A stretch of DNA of 64,000 nucleotides from Spirochaetales bacterium (GTDB lineage Bacteria > Spirochaetota > Spirochaetia > JABEVK01). Below are positions 18,196 through 27,600 of the stretch, one piece after another; position 1 is the stretch's first letter, and the number at the start of each line of letters is the position of its first letter. Position numbers and translations under genes: made by a program. Location of the stretch: assembly GCA_037142615.1 (NCBI GenBank), contig JBAXAI010000002.1:96001-160000 (forward strand), in the 5' to 3' direction. The notes under the pieces are model-generated. The model was not told where the DNA came from. It did no database searches and saw only the letters and a program-made list of their open reading frames with translations.

Positions 18196-19815
18196 ATGAG
18201 AACCCGTTCGGTTGGTCTGTTGCTGCTGGGAGTCCTTTTTGCCCTTCCTTTTGCGACCTGGGGGCAGGCCCGCTATGCCCTGGTAATCGGCAATGGTGCC
18301 TACAAGAACGTGCCTGCCTTGCCCAATCCTGTGAATGACGCCAACGACATGGCCGCTGTGCTCCGAAGCCTCAAGTTCAGCGTCACCGTGCTTACCAATG
18401 CTGACGAAATGGCGATGGAAAATGCCGTGGCCGATCTGGGTTCCAGCCTGAGTCTCACGCGGGGTGCCATCGGGCTTTTTTACTACGCCGGTCATGGTAT
18501 TCAGGTGGATGGGGAAAATTACCTGATTCCCGTTGACGCGAGACTGCCCAGCAAGGCCTTTCTTCAGACCCAAGCCTTGGCGTTGCGTGTGGTCTCGGAC
18601 GCCATGAACGGGGACCGTCAAGACAAGGGTGACACGACAGGGCTGAGCTTGATTGTGCTGGATTCCTGCCGCGATAATCCTTTTCCTTGGACCCGCGGCG
18701 CTACCCGCGGGCTCGCTGCGCCGTCGGGTACTCAGCCCCAAGGTTCACTGATCGCCTACGCGACCACTGCAGGGGCGGCTTCGCAGGACGGGGTCGGGCG
18801 CAACGGGCTGTTCACGGGCTATCTGCTCAAGAACTTGGCGTTGCCGGGGGTGAGTCTGCAGGAGGCGTTCAACCGCACTGGGTCGGACGTCCAGAAGGCG
18901 AGCCGCAACGGTCAGGTGCCCGCCATCTATTCTCAGCTGTTCGACCCCGTGTACTTGGCTGGCCCACCCGCTCCGGTACCGCCCCAGGCCCCGCCGGTTG
19001 CCCCCCGCTGGACCGAAACCCAGGTTGCCACCGGGTCGCTCTCGCTGACCTTCAGTTCTGCAGGAACCGTGGAGTTCGACGGCAAGACCAAGGAAGTCGC
19101 GGCGGGGACCACGCTTTCGATCGAGGGTCTGGCGCCAAAAGACTACCCGCTCAAGGTGACGTGGCCCGACAAACAGGTCGACGCGCGTGCTGTGTCGGTC
19201 GGTCCCGGGCAAAACCTGGCGTTGACTTTGGCTCCACCGGCTGTTCAAGCGCCACCGGTCACTCCCAAAACCGCTACGGAGTCTCAGGCGGTGGTGACAC
19301 CCCCGGTACCCGTGGCTCCGGCGATCGTGGCCCCGCCCGTGGTGCCCTCGCCCAAGGTCTACCGTGTCGGCGACAAGGGCCCGGCCGGTGGGGTGGTGTT
19401 CTACGACAAGGGTAACTCCGCCGGTGGGTGGCGCTATTTGGAAGCCGCCGCAGCCGATGTGCCTGGCCCGGTCGCGTGGGGACCCGCCAAGAGTGTCGCC
19501 ACCACGACCACCGTGGGGTCCGGCAAGGCCAACACCGCGCTCTTGGTTTCGGCGCTGGGTGCCACCAGTGCGGCCGGTCTTTGCAAGAGCCTGTCCCTGG
19601 GCGGCTTCAAGGATTGGTTCCTGCCCAGCCTCGACGAGCTCGACCTTCTGTACCGGCAACTTCGCAAAGTCGGCAAGGGATTGCCCGCCGACCGGTACTG
19701 GTCATCGTCGCAAAACCAAGAGGATGACGCTTGGGCCGAGCAGTTCGCCGACGGCAATCAGTACAACTTGCCCCGCAGCGAAAAGTACCGGGTTCGCGCG
19801 ATCCGCATGTTCTGA
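18196..19815 (+). CDS. Exported caspase-like (peptidase C14) protein with Pro-rich linkers and a C-terminal DUF1566/Lcl-like domain
   Basis: Signal-peptide-like MRTRSVGLLLLGVLFALPFATWG. ALVIGNGAY..NPVNDA, catalytic YAGHG and LDSCR. C-terminal GDKGPAGGVVFYDKG..DWFLPSLDEL..YWSSS..VRAIRMF. Confidence 0.85.
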   Translation: MRTRSVGLLLLGVLFALPFATWGQARYALVIGNGAYKNVPALPNPVNDANDMAAVLRSLKFSVTVLTNADEMAMENAVADLGSSLSLTRGAIGLFYYAGHGIQVDGENYLIPVDARLPSKAFLQTQALALRVVSDAMNGDRQDKGDTTGLSLIVLDSCRDNPFPWTRGATRGLAAPSGTQPQGSLIAYATTAGAASQDGVGRNGLFTGYLLKNLALPGVSLQEAFNRTGSDVQKASRNGQVPAIYSQLFDPVYLAGPPAPVPPQAPPVAPRWTETQVATGSLSLTFSSAGTVEFDGKTKEVAAGTTLSIEGLAPKDYPLKVTWPDKQVDARAVSVGPGQNLALTLAPPAVQAPPVTPKTATESQAVVTPPVPVAPAIVAPPVVPSPKVYRVGDKGPAGGVVFYDKGNSAGGWRYLEAAAADVPGPVAWGPAKSVATTTTVGSGKANTALLVSALGATSAAGLCKSLSLGGFKDWFLPSLDELDLLYRQLRKVGKGLPADRYWSSSQNQEDDAWAEQFADGNQYNLPRSEKYRVRAIRMF

Positions 19816-19841
19816 CGCACCCGACACCTCAGGAGTCCCCC

Positions 19842-21401
19842 ATGGCTAAGTACCGCTTGTACCTTTCGGAGCACGATGTTCAAGAGGCTATTTCTCAACT
19901 TGGAATCGTTTGCCAGACCCACGGATGCCAAATCGAAGGCCCCGAGCAGAATCTGGATCTGACGAAGGCGAGAAGTGAACGACCCTACGAGTTTGGCGCG
20001 AACTTGCGTGGTCCGGCGGACGAGCTGATGACCGTGCGCTTGGCCCCTCTGGGCCGCCAAAAACGGCAACTTTCGGGCCATTCGTTTGCGCTGACGCTGG
20101 TGACTACCGGCGACTTGCCGCTGGCCGGGCAGTTGATGGAAGCCCTGCGTGTCGCCCTGGCCTCGACCATCCCCGGCCGTTTCTGGTCGATGGAGCACTT
20201 TCTGGGCACAATCAAGTCGCCCCTGGTGACCCAGATCGCGACGCTGACCGAGAATCTGATTCTGAACGGCCTGCAGGCCTCGGCCCAGGTCCTGGAAGGG
20301 TTCGCGCCGCGTGAAAAGCTGAGCTTCGAACGCCCCACCGTCGGCGACCGTTTGTCGTACTTGCGCGTCGAACTGAAAGAAGACACCTTCACCTACCTGC
20401 CCATGAACGAGTTCCAGGTGTACCAAAAGGGCGAGGTGCTGGCCGCCGTCGGCCTGACCAAAGAGGGCAACACGCTCGGTACCCCGCGCACCTTCCTGAC
20501 CGCGTGGTTCAGCGCCGAGCACAGCGAAACTCTCAACGGCCTTTTTGGGCGGAACTTCGACAAGGCCCTGTTCGACGGGGTGGCGGTCAAGGGTGGCAAG
20601 TTCACCGGCGACCAGAAAATCCTGCGGCTCAAGGACAAGCCCGCCTTCGCCGACCTGAAGCTCGAGCCGTCGGTCCGCGAAAAGATCGAACGCGAGATTC
20701 TCGGGTTCTTCCGTCTGGAGCCGGTGTACCGCAAGGCGGGGCTGCCCTTCAAGCGAGGAATCGCCCTCTACGGGCCCCCGGGGACCGGAAAAACCATGCT
20801 GGCCAAGGTGCTTGCGAGCACGTTGGAACAGACCGTGGTGTGGGTGAGGGCCGGGGACCTGGAAGGAACCGCCGACATCAACCGGGTGTTTCAGTTGGCG
20901 CGCATCGGGGCTCCCAGTGTTCTTATCCTGGAGGACATCGACCTGTACCTGCAGGACCGGGACAACCTCAAGAGCAACAGCGTGACCATCGCCAACATGC
21001 TGGCGCAGCTCGACGGCCTGGAAGAGAACGACGGCATTCTGGTTTTGGTGACCACCAACAAGATCGAAACGGTGGAGAGGGCCATCGTCGACCGCCCGGG
21101 CCGAATCGACTCCAAGATCTTCATGGGCGAGCTGGGCCGGGGAGTCGTCATCGAGATCCTGACGGCCAAACTGAAAGACTTTCCGCTGGACTTCGCGAAC
21201 TGGAACAATGTGCTCCCTGAGCATGTTCTGATGACCGGCGCGCAGGCCGTCGAGCTCTCGACAACGATTTTGCGCAATTCGCTGTTCGCCACCCCGGCCG
21301 CCGCCGAGTGCCGGATCACCGCCGAGGCCGTGAAACGCGCGCTCAAGGACCTGGAACGGGCCCGAAACGCGCAGGGTGTGAAGGGCTTTGGGCCCGATTG
21401 A
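19842..21401 (+). CDS. AAA+ ATPase (classical AAA clade) with an uncharacterised N-terminal domain
   Basis: AGGAG RBS at 19831. KRGIALYGPPGTGKT (Walker A), ILEDID (Walker B), TTN (sensor 1) and DRPGRID (Arg finger). Confidence 0.85.
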   Translation: MAKYRLYLSEHDVQEAISQLGIVCQTHGCQIEGPEQNLDLTKARSERPYEFGANLRGPADELMTVRLAPLGRQKRQLSGHSFALTLVTTGDLPLAGQLMEALRVALASTIPGRFWSMEHFLGTIKSPLVTQIATLTENLILNGLQASAQVLEGFAPREKLSFERPTVGDRLSYLRVELKEDTFTYLPMNEFQVYQKGEVLAAVGLTKEGNTLGTPRTFLTAWFSAEHSETLNGLFGRNFDKALFDGVAVKGGKFTGDQKILRLKDKPAFADLKLEPSVREKIEREILGFFRLEPVYRKAGLPFKRGIALYGPPGTGKTMLAKVLASTLEQTVVWVRAGDLEGTADINRVFQLARIGAPSVLILEDIDLYLQDRDNLKSNSVTIANMLAQLDGLEENDGILVLVTTNKIETVERAIVDRPGRIDSKIFMGELGRGVVIEILTAKLKDFPLDFANWNNVLPEHVLMTGAQAVELSTTILRNSLFATPAAAECRITAEAVKRALKDLERARNAQGVKGFGPD

Positions 21402-21433
21402 GACAGTGACGGCGACTGAGCCCAGGAGGCACC

Positions 21434-24400
21434 ATGTTCAAGCTGACCAGCCACGAGAATCCGCGGGTCATCCGAGTGTTCATCAGTTCAACCTTTGTCG
21501 ACATGCAGGACGAGCGAGAGCAACTGATCAAACACACCTTTCCGCAGCTGCGCAAATTGGCCCGCGAGCGCGGGGTCGAACTCACGGAGATCGACCTGCG
21601 TTGGGGCATTACGCAGCAAGCCGCGGAGCGTGGCGAGACAATTGCCCGCTGTCTGGGAGAAATTGAACGCAGCCGACCGTATTTCATCGGGTTGCTGGGG
21701 CACCGCTACGGCTGGATCCCCTCCCAGCCCCTGCCCGGAGAAGCCGAGGTCGACCGGGTCGAGCGGCTCGAGAAGCTCAAACGCCGCCTTCGCCGCGAGG
21801 AAACGCTTTACACGGCCGTCGATCTGCTCGACGAAAGCCTGAGTGCTACCGAAGTCGAGATCCAGCACGGCGTACTGCGCTCCGTCGACACTCGGAACCG
21901 CTCGCGTTTTTACTACCGTGTGACCTCACCGGCGGAGTTCAGCGAGCCAAAAGGCAGCGAGGCCGAAGTCAAGTTGTCGGCGCTCAAAGCTCTGCTGGGC
22001 GAACGCCTGAAGACGCACCCACCGCTCGAGTACAGCTCGCTCGAGCAGTTGCATTTGGCGGTTCTGGCTGACTTTCAAGGTTTTTTGGACGATGAGTACC
22101 CGGCGAGCAAGAAGCCCAATTCTCTGCACTCGGCAATCAACGCCCACAGGGAGTTTGCGCAATCGCGTCTGGGTATCTGGGAAGGCGACGGGGGCCTTCT
22201 GGACGAACTCGACGAGCACTTCGAGTCGGGGGCCGGGCAGGTGCTGGTGACGGCCCCTGCGGGCCTCGGCAAGAGTGCCCTCCTGGCCCATTGGATCGCT
22301 CATCGGCAGGACCTGGACGACCAGGTTTTCTACGCGTTTTGCGGCGGTGGTCCGGGAACGGCGCGGTGGTCCGACCTGCTCAGGTTTCTGTTCCGGCAAG
22401 TCGCCGATTTTTTCGGCTCGACCGGAGAAGAGGCCCAAGAGCCCAACAAGGACAGCGACCTTGCATTGAAGTTCTGCGCTCTGCTGACGAGCGCTGCCGC
22501 TCAACACCAGGGCCGGTTCTTGATCGTCGTCGATGGCTTGGATCAGGTGGCCGACAAGGGCGAACTGCGCTGGTGGCCCTTTGCCTTCCCCTCAGAAGTC
22601 CTTGTGGTGGCCGGTGTGCGGTCCGGGAGCACTGCCGACCTCCTGGCCGCGCGGGGAATGCCCGTGGTGACCCTGGAACCGCTCAAAGTGCTCGACCGCA
22701 AGAAGGTGATCCGCAGCGTCCTCAAACGAAGCGCCAAGGACCTCGGTGACGCGCTGCTGGCCGAAATCGCCGAAGACAAGGAGTCGGGCAACCCGTTGGT
22801 GCTCAGGACCTTGCTCCAGGAACTGAAGGCGCATGGTGATCACGCCGACCTGCCGGCGTTTGTGCGGAGCTACATCAGCACTGACTCGGAGCAAGCCTTC
22901 TTTGACAAAGTGGTCGAACGAATCGACCGCGACTACCCGAACGCGCAAGTCGTGCTACCTCTGTTCGGAGTTGCGGTAGAAGGACTGTCCGAGTCCGAGA
23001 TTCGGGAGGCTTCCGGGCTCGGTGACCAGCACTTTCTGTGGGCTGAATTGCACGACGTGTTGGCACCGCAGTTCGTGGAGCGCGACGGCCTGCTGAGCTT
23101 TGGTCACGACTATCTACGTCAGGCTGTGGCCCGTCGCTACCTGCTGCCTGGTGACGAGGCGAGGTACCAGCGACAATTGGCGGAGTACTTTTTGGCCGAC
23201 GGGCGAAAACTGGACGGCCATGCGCTCAGGGAGTGGCCAGAGTTGCTCGCGCGTTGTGGAGCGCGTGAACGGCTCAAGGCGGAATTGCCCCAGCCTGAGG
23301 TGACCGAAGCGCTCGCCCAGGACGCGCCCGCAGATCTGCGGCGCTGGTGGCTGGCCACAGGGTGTACTGCCGACGAAGTCGAGGATCTGATCACGCAGCC
23401 TTTGGGCGAGGCTTGGCTACCGGAGAGGACCACGGCCATTCCGGGCTTTATCGGGGATTGGCTGGGAAGGTACCGGTGGGTTTGCGGGTTCGAGGAACGA
23501 CGTTTGGATTCCAGGCTCTCAACGCTCGGAAAAGATCATCCCGATACGATCAGCGCCAAAAGCAACCTCGCTGCCTCGTACTCCGCCCTGGGCAGGCATC
23601 AGGAGGCGCTGGTCCTGAAGGAGCAGGTTCTGGCCGAGAGGCGGCGGATTCTGGGACCAGACCACACCGCCACAATCAGCGCTCAGAGCAATCTGGCGGT
23701 TACGTACGCCGCCCTGGGAAGGCAGGAAGAAGCGCTACGGATGCGGGAACAGGTGTTGGCCGACCGCCTGCGCCTGCTGGGCACCGACAACCGCCTCACG
23801 ATCAACGCCCGACTCCGACTCGCTGTCTCGTATTCCGCGCTCGGGAGGCAAAATGATGCCCTCAGGGAGATCGAGCAAGTCTCGGCTGACCGCCTTCGGC
23901 TTTTGGGGCCGGACCATCCCGACACGATCAGTGCTCAGAGTAACTTGGCCGTCTCGTATTCCGCCTTGGCAAGGTCCCAGGAGGCCCTGGAACTGAAGGA
24001 GCAGGTGCTGGCCGGCCGCCAGCGACTTTTGGGACCAGACCACCCCGATACGATCGTGGCAAAAGGGAATCTCGCCACCTCTTACTCCGACCTCGGAAGA
24101 CACCAGGAGGCGCTGGAACTGGAAGAACAGGTGCTGGCCGACCGCCTGAGGATCTTCGGCCCGGATCACCCCGATACGATCGTGGCCAAGGGGAACCTTA
24201 AGATCTCATACTCCCAACTGGGCAGGAATCAGGAGGCGCTGGAACTACAGGAGCAGGTGCGGGCCGACCGCCTCCGGACCCTGGGACCTGATCACCCCGA
24301 CACGGTTCGCGCTGGGCATGGTCTGGCCCTCACTTATTTGAATCTCGAACGTCCTGCGGACGCCTTGCCCTACGCGCAGCAGGTGGTAACTGCACTTTCC

Positions 24401-24601
24401 AGAGTTCAAGGTGAAAGGAGTTCCGAAATCATGGACGAAGTGGACACTCTGGCCCGTTGCTTGGAGGCCTTGGGGCGCAACAGCGAGGCCCTTGTGCTGC
24501 GCCAGAGAATTTTCGAGGTTTTCTCGGAAGTCTTCGGGGACGCGGACGAGCAAACGCAGGAAGCCCGGCAGAAGCTTGATCGGCTCGAGTCCCTCAGCTA
24601 G
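21434..24601 (+). CDS. DUF4062-STAND (NACHT-like) NTPase with C-terminal TPR repeats
   Basis: RVFISSTFVDMQDER..DLRWGI..FIGLLGHRYGW (DUF4062). Walker A APAGLGKS and Walker B LIVVDGLD. 42-aa LGPDHPDTI-type TPR repeats. AGGAGG RBS. Confidence 0.9.
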   Translation: MFKLTSHENPRVIRVFISSTFVDMQDEREQLIKHTFPQLRKLARERGVELTEIDLRWGITQQAAERGETIARCLGEIERSRPYFIGLLGHRYGWIPSQPLPGEAEVDRVERLEKLKRRLRREETLYTAVDLLDESLSATEVEIQHGVLRSVDTRNRSRFYYRVTSPAEFSEPKGSEAEVKLSALKALLGERLKTHPPLEYSSLEQLHLAVLADFQGFLDDEYPASKKPNSLHSAINAHREFAQSRLGIWEGDGGLLDELDEHFESGAGQVLVTAPAGLGKSALLAHWIAHRQDLDDQVFYAFCGGGPGTARWSDLLRFLFRQVADFFGSTGEEAQEPNKDSDLALKFCALLTSAAAQHQGRFLIVVDGLDQVADKGELRWWPFAFPSEVLVVAGVRSGSTADLLAARGMPVVTLEPLKVLDRKKVIRSVLKRSAKDLGDALLAEIAEDKESGNPLVLRTLLQELKAHGDHADLPAFVRSYISTDSEQAFFDKVVERIDRDYPNAQVVLPLFGVAVEGLSESEIREASGLGDQHFLWAELHDVLAPQFVERDGLLSFGHDYLRQAVARRYLLPGDEARYQRQLAEYFLADGRKLDGHALREWPELLARCGARERLKAELPQPEVTEALAQDAPADLRRWWLATGCTADEVEDLITQPLGEAWLPERTTAIPGFIGDWLGRYRWVCGFEERRLDSRLSTLGKDHPDTISAKSNLAASYSALGRHQEALVLKEQVLAERRRILGPDHTATISAQSNLAVTYAALGRQEEALRMREQVLADRLRLLGTDNRLTINARLRLAVSYSALGRQNDALREIEQVSADRLRLLGPDHPDTISAQSNLAVSYSALARSQEALELKEQVLAGRQRLLGPDHPDTIVAKGNLATSYSDLGRHQEALELEEQVLADRLRIFGPDHPDTIVAKGNLKISYSQLGRNQEALELQEQVRADRLRTLGPDHPDTVRAGHGLALTYLNLERPADALPYAQQVVTALSRVQGERSSEIMDEVDTLARCLEALGRNSEALVLRQRIFEVFSEVFGDADEQTQEARQKLDRLESLS
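23525..24406 (+). repeat. Seven 126-bp coding tandem repeats (42-aa TPR units), followed by two degenerate units
   Basis: Unit starts at 23525, 23651, 23777, 23903, 24029, 24155 and 24281 (LG.DHPDTI.A..NLA.SY..LGR..EAL.L.EQV). Confidence 0.9.
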
Positions 24602-24610
24602 GAGCACCGG

Positions 24611-27600
24611 ATGGCCCGCAAACTCTTTCGCGTGTTCCTGAGTTCCACGTTTGGCGATTTTCAGGAAGAGAGAGAGCTCCTGAGGCGTGAAGTTTGGCCC
24701 CGCCTGGAACAACTTTGTGCCGAGCGTGGCGCCGCGTTTCACGTCGTCGACCTCCGGTGGGGCATTGGCCCGCAGGTCGCCGCAGCTCAGGAGACCCTGC
24801 AGGTTTGCCTCGACGAAATCGCAAGGTGTCAAAACCTCTCACCCCGGCCCAAGCCAAACTTTCTGCTTCTCATCGGCGATCGTTATGGCTGGAGGCCACC
24901 GGCTCCCCTCATCCCTTCGGAAGACTGGCATAGGATCCAAGCGTGGGCGAGCTCTGAAGACCAACAACAACTGGCACGCTGGTACCGGGAGGACACGAAC
25001 GCCCAGCCATCGCTGTGGTGTCTCCGGGCTCGCACCGGGGAGTTTCTACGGCTCGAGCGATGGGCCACCGAAGAACAGGGGTTGACCTCGGTCCTGCATC
25101 GCGCGGCGGCGGAACTTGGCCTGTCGCCGGACCGTTTCTTGTATTCGGCAACCCACCAGGAGGTTTTCCGTGGCTTGCTCACCGTGCAGCCGGTTCCCGA
25201 GTACATCGAGGCCGTGCTCCGAGGCATCTCCGGGCTTCCGGCAACGGCTCCGGAAGGGCAGAACCGGCGCTTTTCTGACTACCTTGCCGGCGGTGGACTT
25301 GATCCCGAGTCCCAGGAGCTCCTGGGTCAGTTGCGAGGGCAAATCCGCGAGGTGCTGCCAGCCGCCCAGGTACACGAGTTCCAGGCCGAGTGGGCCGGGG
25401 CAGTAAAACAGCCGATCACCCTGGGCCATTTGCAGCCCTTGGCAACAGTGGTGGAGGCTCGGCTCGAGGCCCGCGTACGGAAGGAACTGGAGTCGCTCGA
25501 GGAACTGACACCTTTTCAGGAGGACCGCCTGCTTCAGCAGGAGTTTGCGCGCGAAACCGGTGGACACCTTGTCGGGCGCGAAGCAGAACTGGCTCAATTG
25601 CGCGAATACCTCGAAGGGGCGCCGCACGGCCAACCTCTGATCGTGAGGGCCAACGGCGGCGCAGGCAAGTCGGCGCTCTTAGCTTCGCTGGCTCTGGAGT
25701 CTGGCGCCGTTTCGCGCTTTGTTGGGGCCTCCCCGCGCTCCTGGCACCCGTCCACCTTTCTGGAGGACCTGCTGGAAGAGCTTTCGGTGTTGCCCGGAAG
25801 CCCCGCATCCCCGCCTGCAGGAGCCTCGCTCGAGGTCTTGGGTGCGAGGGTTGCCTCGCTGCTTGCTTTGGCGACGCCTGAGTTCCCCGTGAAGCTGGTC
25901 ATCGACGCCCTGGACCAGTTTTCCAGCACCGTTGCCGTCGATTTCAGCGTGCTTTTTCCGTCGCCGTTGCCACCCCATGTGCGGCTCGTTGTGTCGGTTC
26001 TCGAGGGGGCCGCAGCAGACCGGCTTTCGAAGTACTATCCGCAGGCCGACACCCTGCAGTTGGGACCCCTGAACTTAGCGGCTCGTCGGTCGATGCTCAA
26101 GGGATTTCTCGGTAGTCGGCGCCTGACCGAAGCCCAGATCGCGAAGCTGCTCGGCGTGACGGACGAGCAGGGAAGTCCGCTGTGGTTGGCGCTCGCGGCG
26201 CCTTTGGCGAAGCGGCTGGCGTCGTGGGACCCGCCCTTGGAACTCCCGCAGCAAATCCTGCCGCTGGTTCGGCACGTTATCCGCGATCTTGCCCACCGAC
26301 ACGGTGAGGTGCTGGTTCGTAGTTCACTTTCTTACCTGGTGCTCGCTCGTTTCGGCCTGTCCGAAACAGAGTTGCAAGCTCTGCTCTGGGCCGATCCGGA
26401 CGTGCAGCTTGAGTTTCAGGCCAATCGGAACCAGGACCAACCCGATGTCGATTCGCTCCCACCCATCTTCTGGTCGAGGCTCTATGGCGAACTCGACCCG
26501 TGGATCAACGAGTACTGGATGGACGGCCAGTTGCTGCACCGGTATTTTCACCGGGTGTTTGGTGAGGTTGCCGACGAACTCGCCTGGGCAAACCGGGAGG
26601 TTCTTCACGGTCGTCTGGCGGACTGGTTTGGGAGGCAACCTTTGGCCTACGAGGGAACTCCGAACGGACGCCGTCTCATGGAGCAACCTTGGCACCTTGC
26701 GCGGGCAGGGCGACAGGAAGAAGCCAGGCGTCTGGCCACCGACTTCTCCTTCGCGATGGCCAAGTGCGAGCTGGGCCGGTCAGACGACTGGGTAGAAGAC
26801 TTTCAACGCTGCGACGGCGCCGAAGCGTCGCCAGAGTTCCAGCTTTGGCAGAGTTTTGCCCGCAGCAAAGCGCACCTGTTGCGGCGTGGAACCAAGGACT
26901 GGCCAAGTCACAAAACCCTTCTGCAGCTCGCGTCGGAATCCGCCGACGACAGTCCAGTAACGGCGGCTGCCGAAGCCTGGCTCCTGCTGGGTCAGGCCGA
27001 CTGGCTTTGGTTCCGTCGGCGACAGCGCGTGGCTCACGCGGGTATCAGCAATTTGCTCGAAGTGCTCGAGGGACACTCTGCCGAGGTCGGGGGAGCCCTC
27101 GCGGGGCCCGGCAGTCTGCTCACCTGGTCGAAAGACGGAACGTTAGGCCTTTGGTCTGGTAGCGTCCGCAAGGCGCTGCGGGGGCACAGCAAGGCGGTCA
27201 ACGGTGCGCTCTGGTTAGCCGACGGGCGGATTCTGTCGTGGTCCGACGATCACGAGTTGAGGCTTTGGACCTCCGACGGAGACCCTTGCGGCGTGCTGCA
27301 GGGACACTCCAGGAGCGTGACCGGCGCCTTTCAGCAGCCCGGGGGGAGTATCGTGTCGTGGTCGGCCGACAACACGCTCAGGCGCTGGAGTCCTTCGGGC
27401 GAACTTTTGGACCTTCTCGACGGACACAAACCTTCGGTCGAAGGTACCCGCGCCGTTGCCTCACCCGACGGGCGCTTTGTGTCTTGGTGCCAGTACTACC
27501 GGGGGTGGGAGGGCGACAACTCACCGAGGTTGTGGAGCGCCGAAGGTCAGTTGCTGGCGGTCCTCGAAGGGCATTCCGACATGGTTGAGGGCGCCCTTTG

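Noticed and set aside
1960-19815. FGE-sulfatase (~1960-2684) and DUF1566-like (~19350-19815) C-termini as possible diversity-generating retroelement targets
   Set aside because: No reverse transcriptase in the window, and I noticed no adenine-variant template repeat. A self-alignment of the whole genome would be needed to exclude a remote one.
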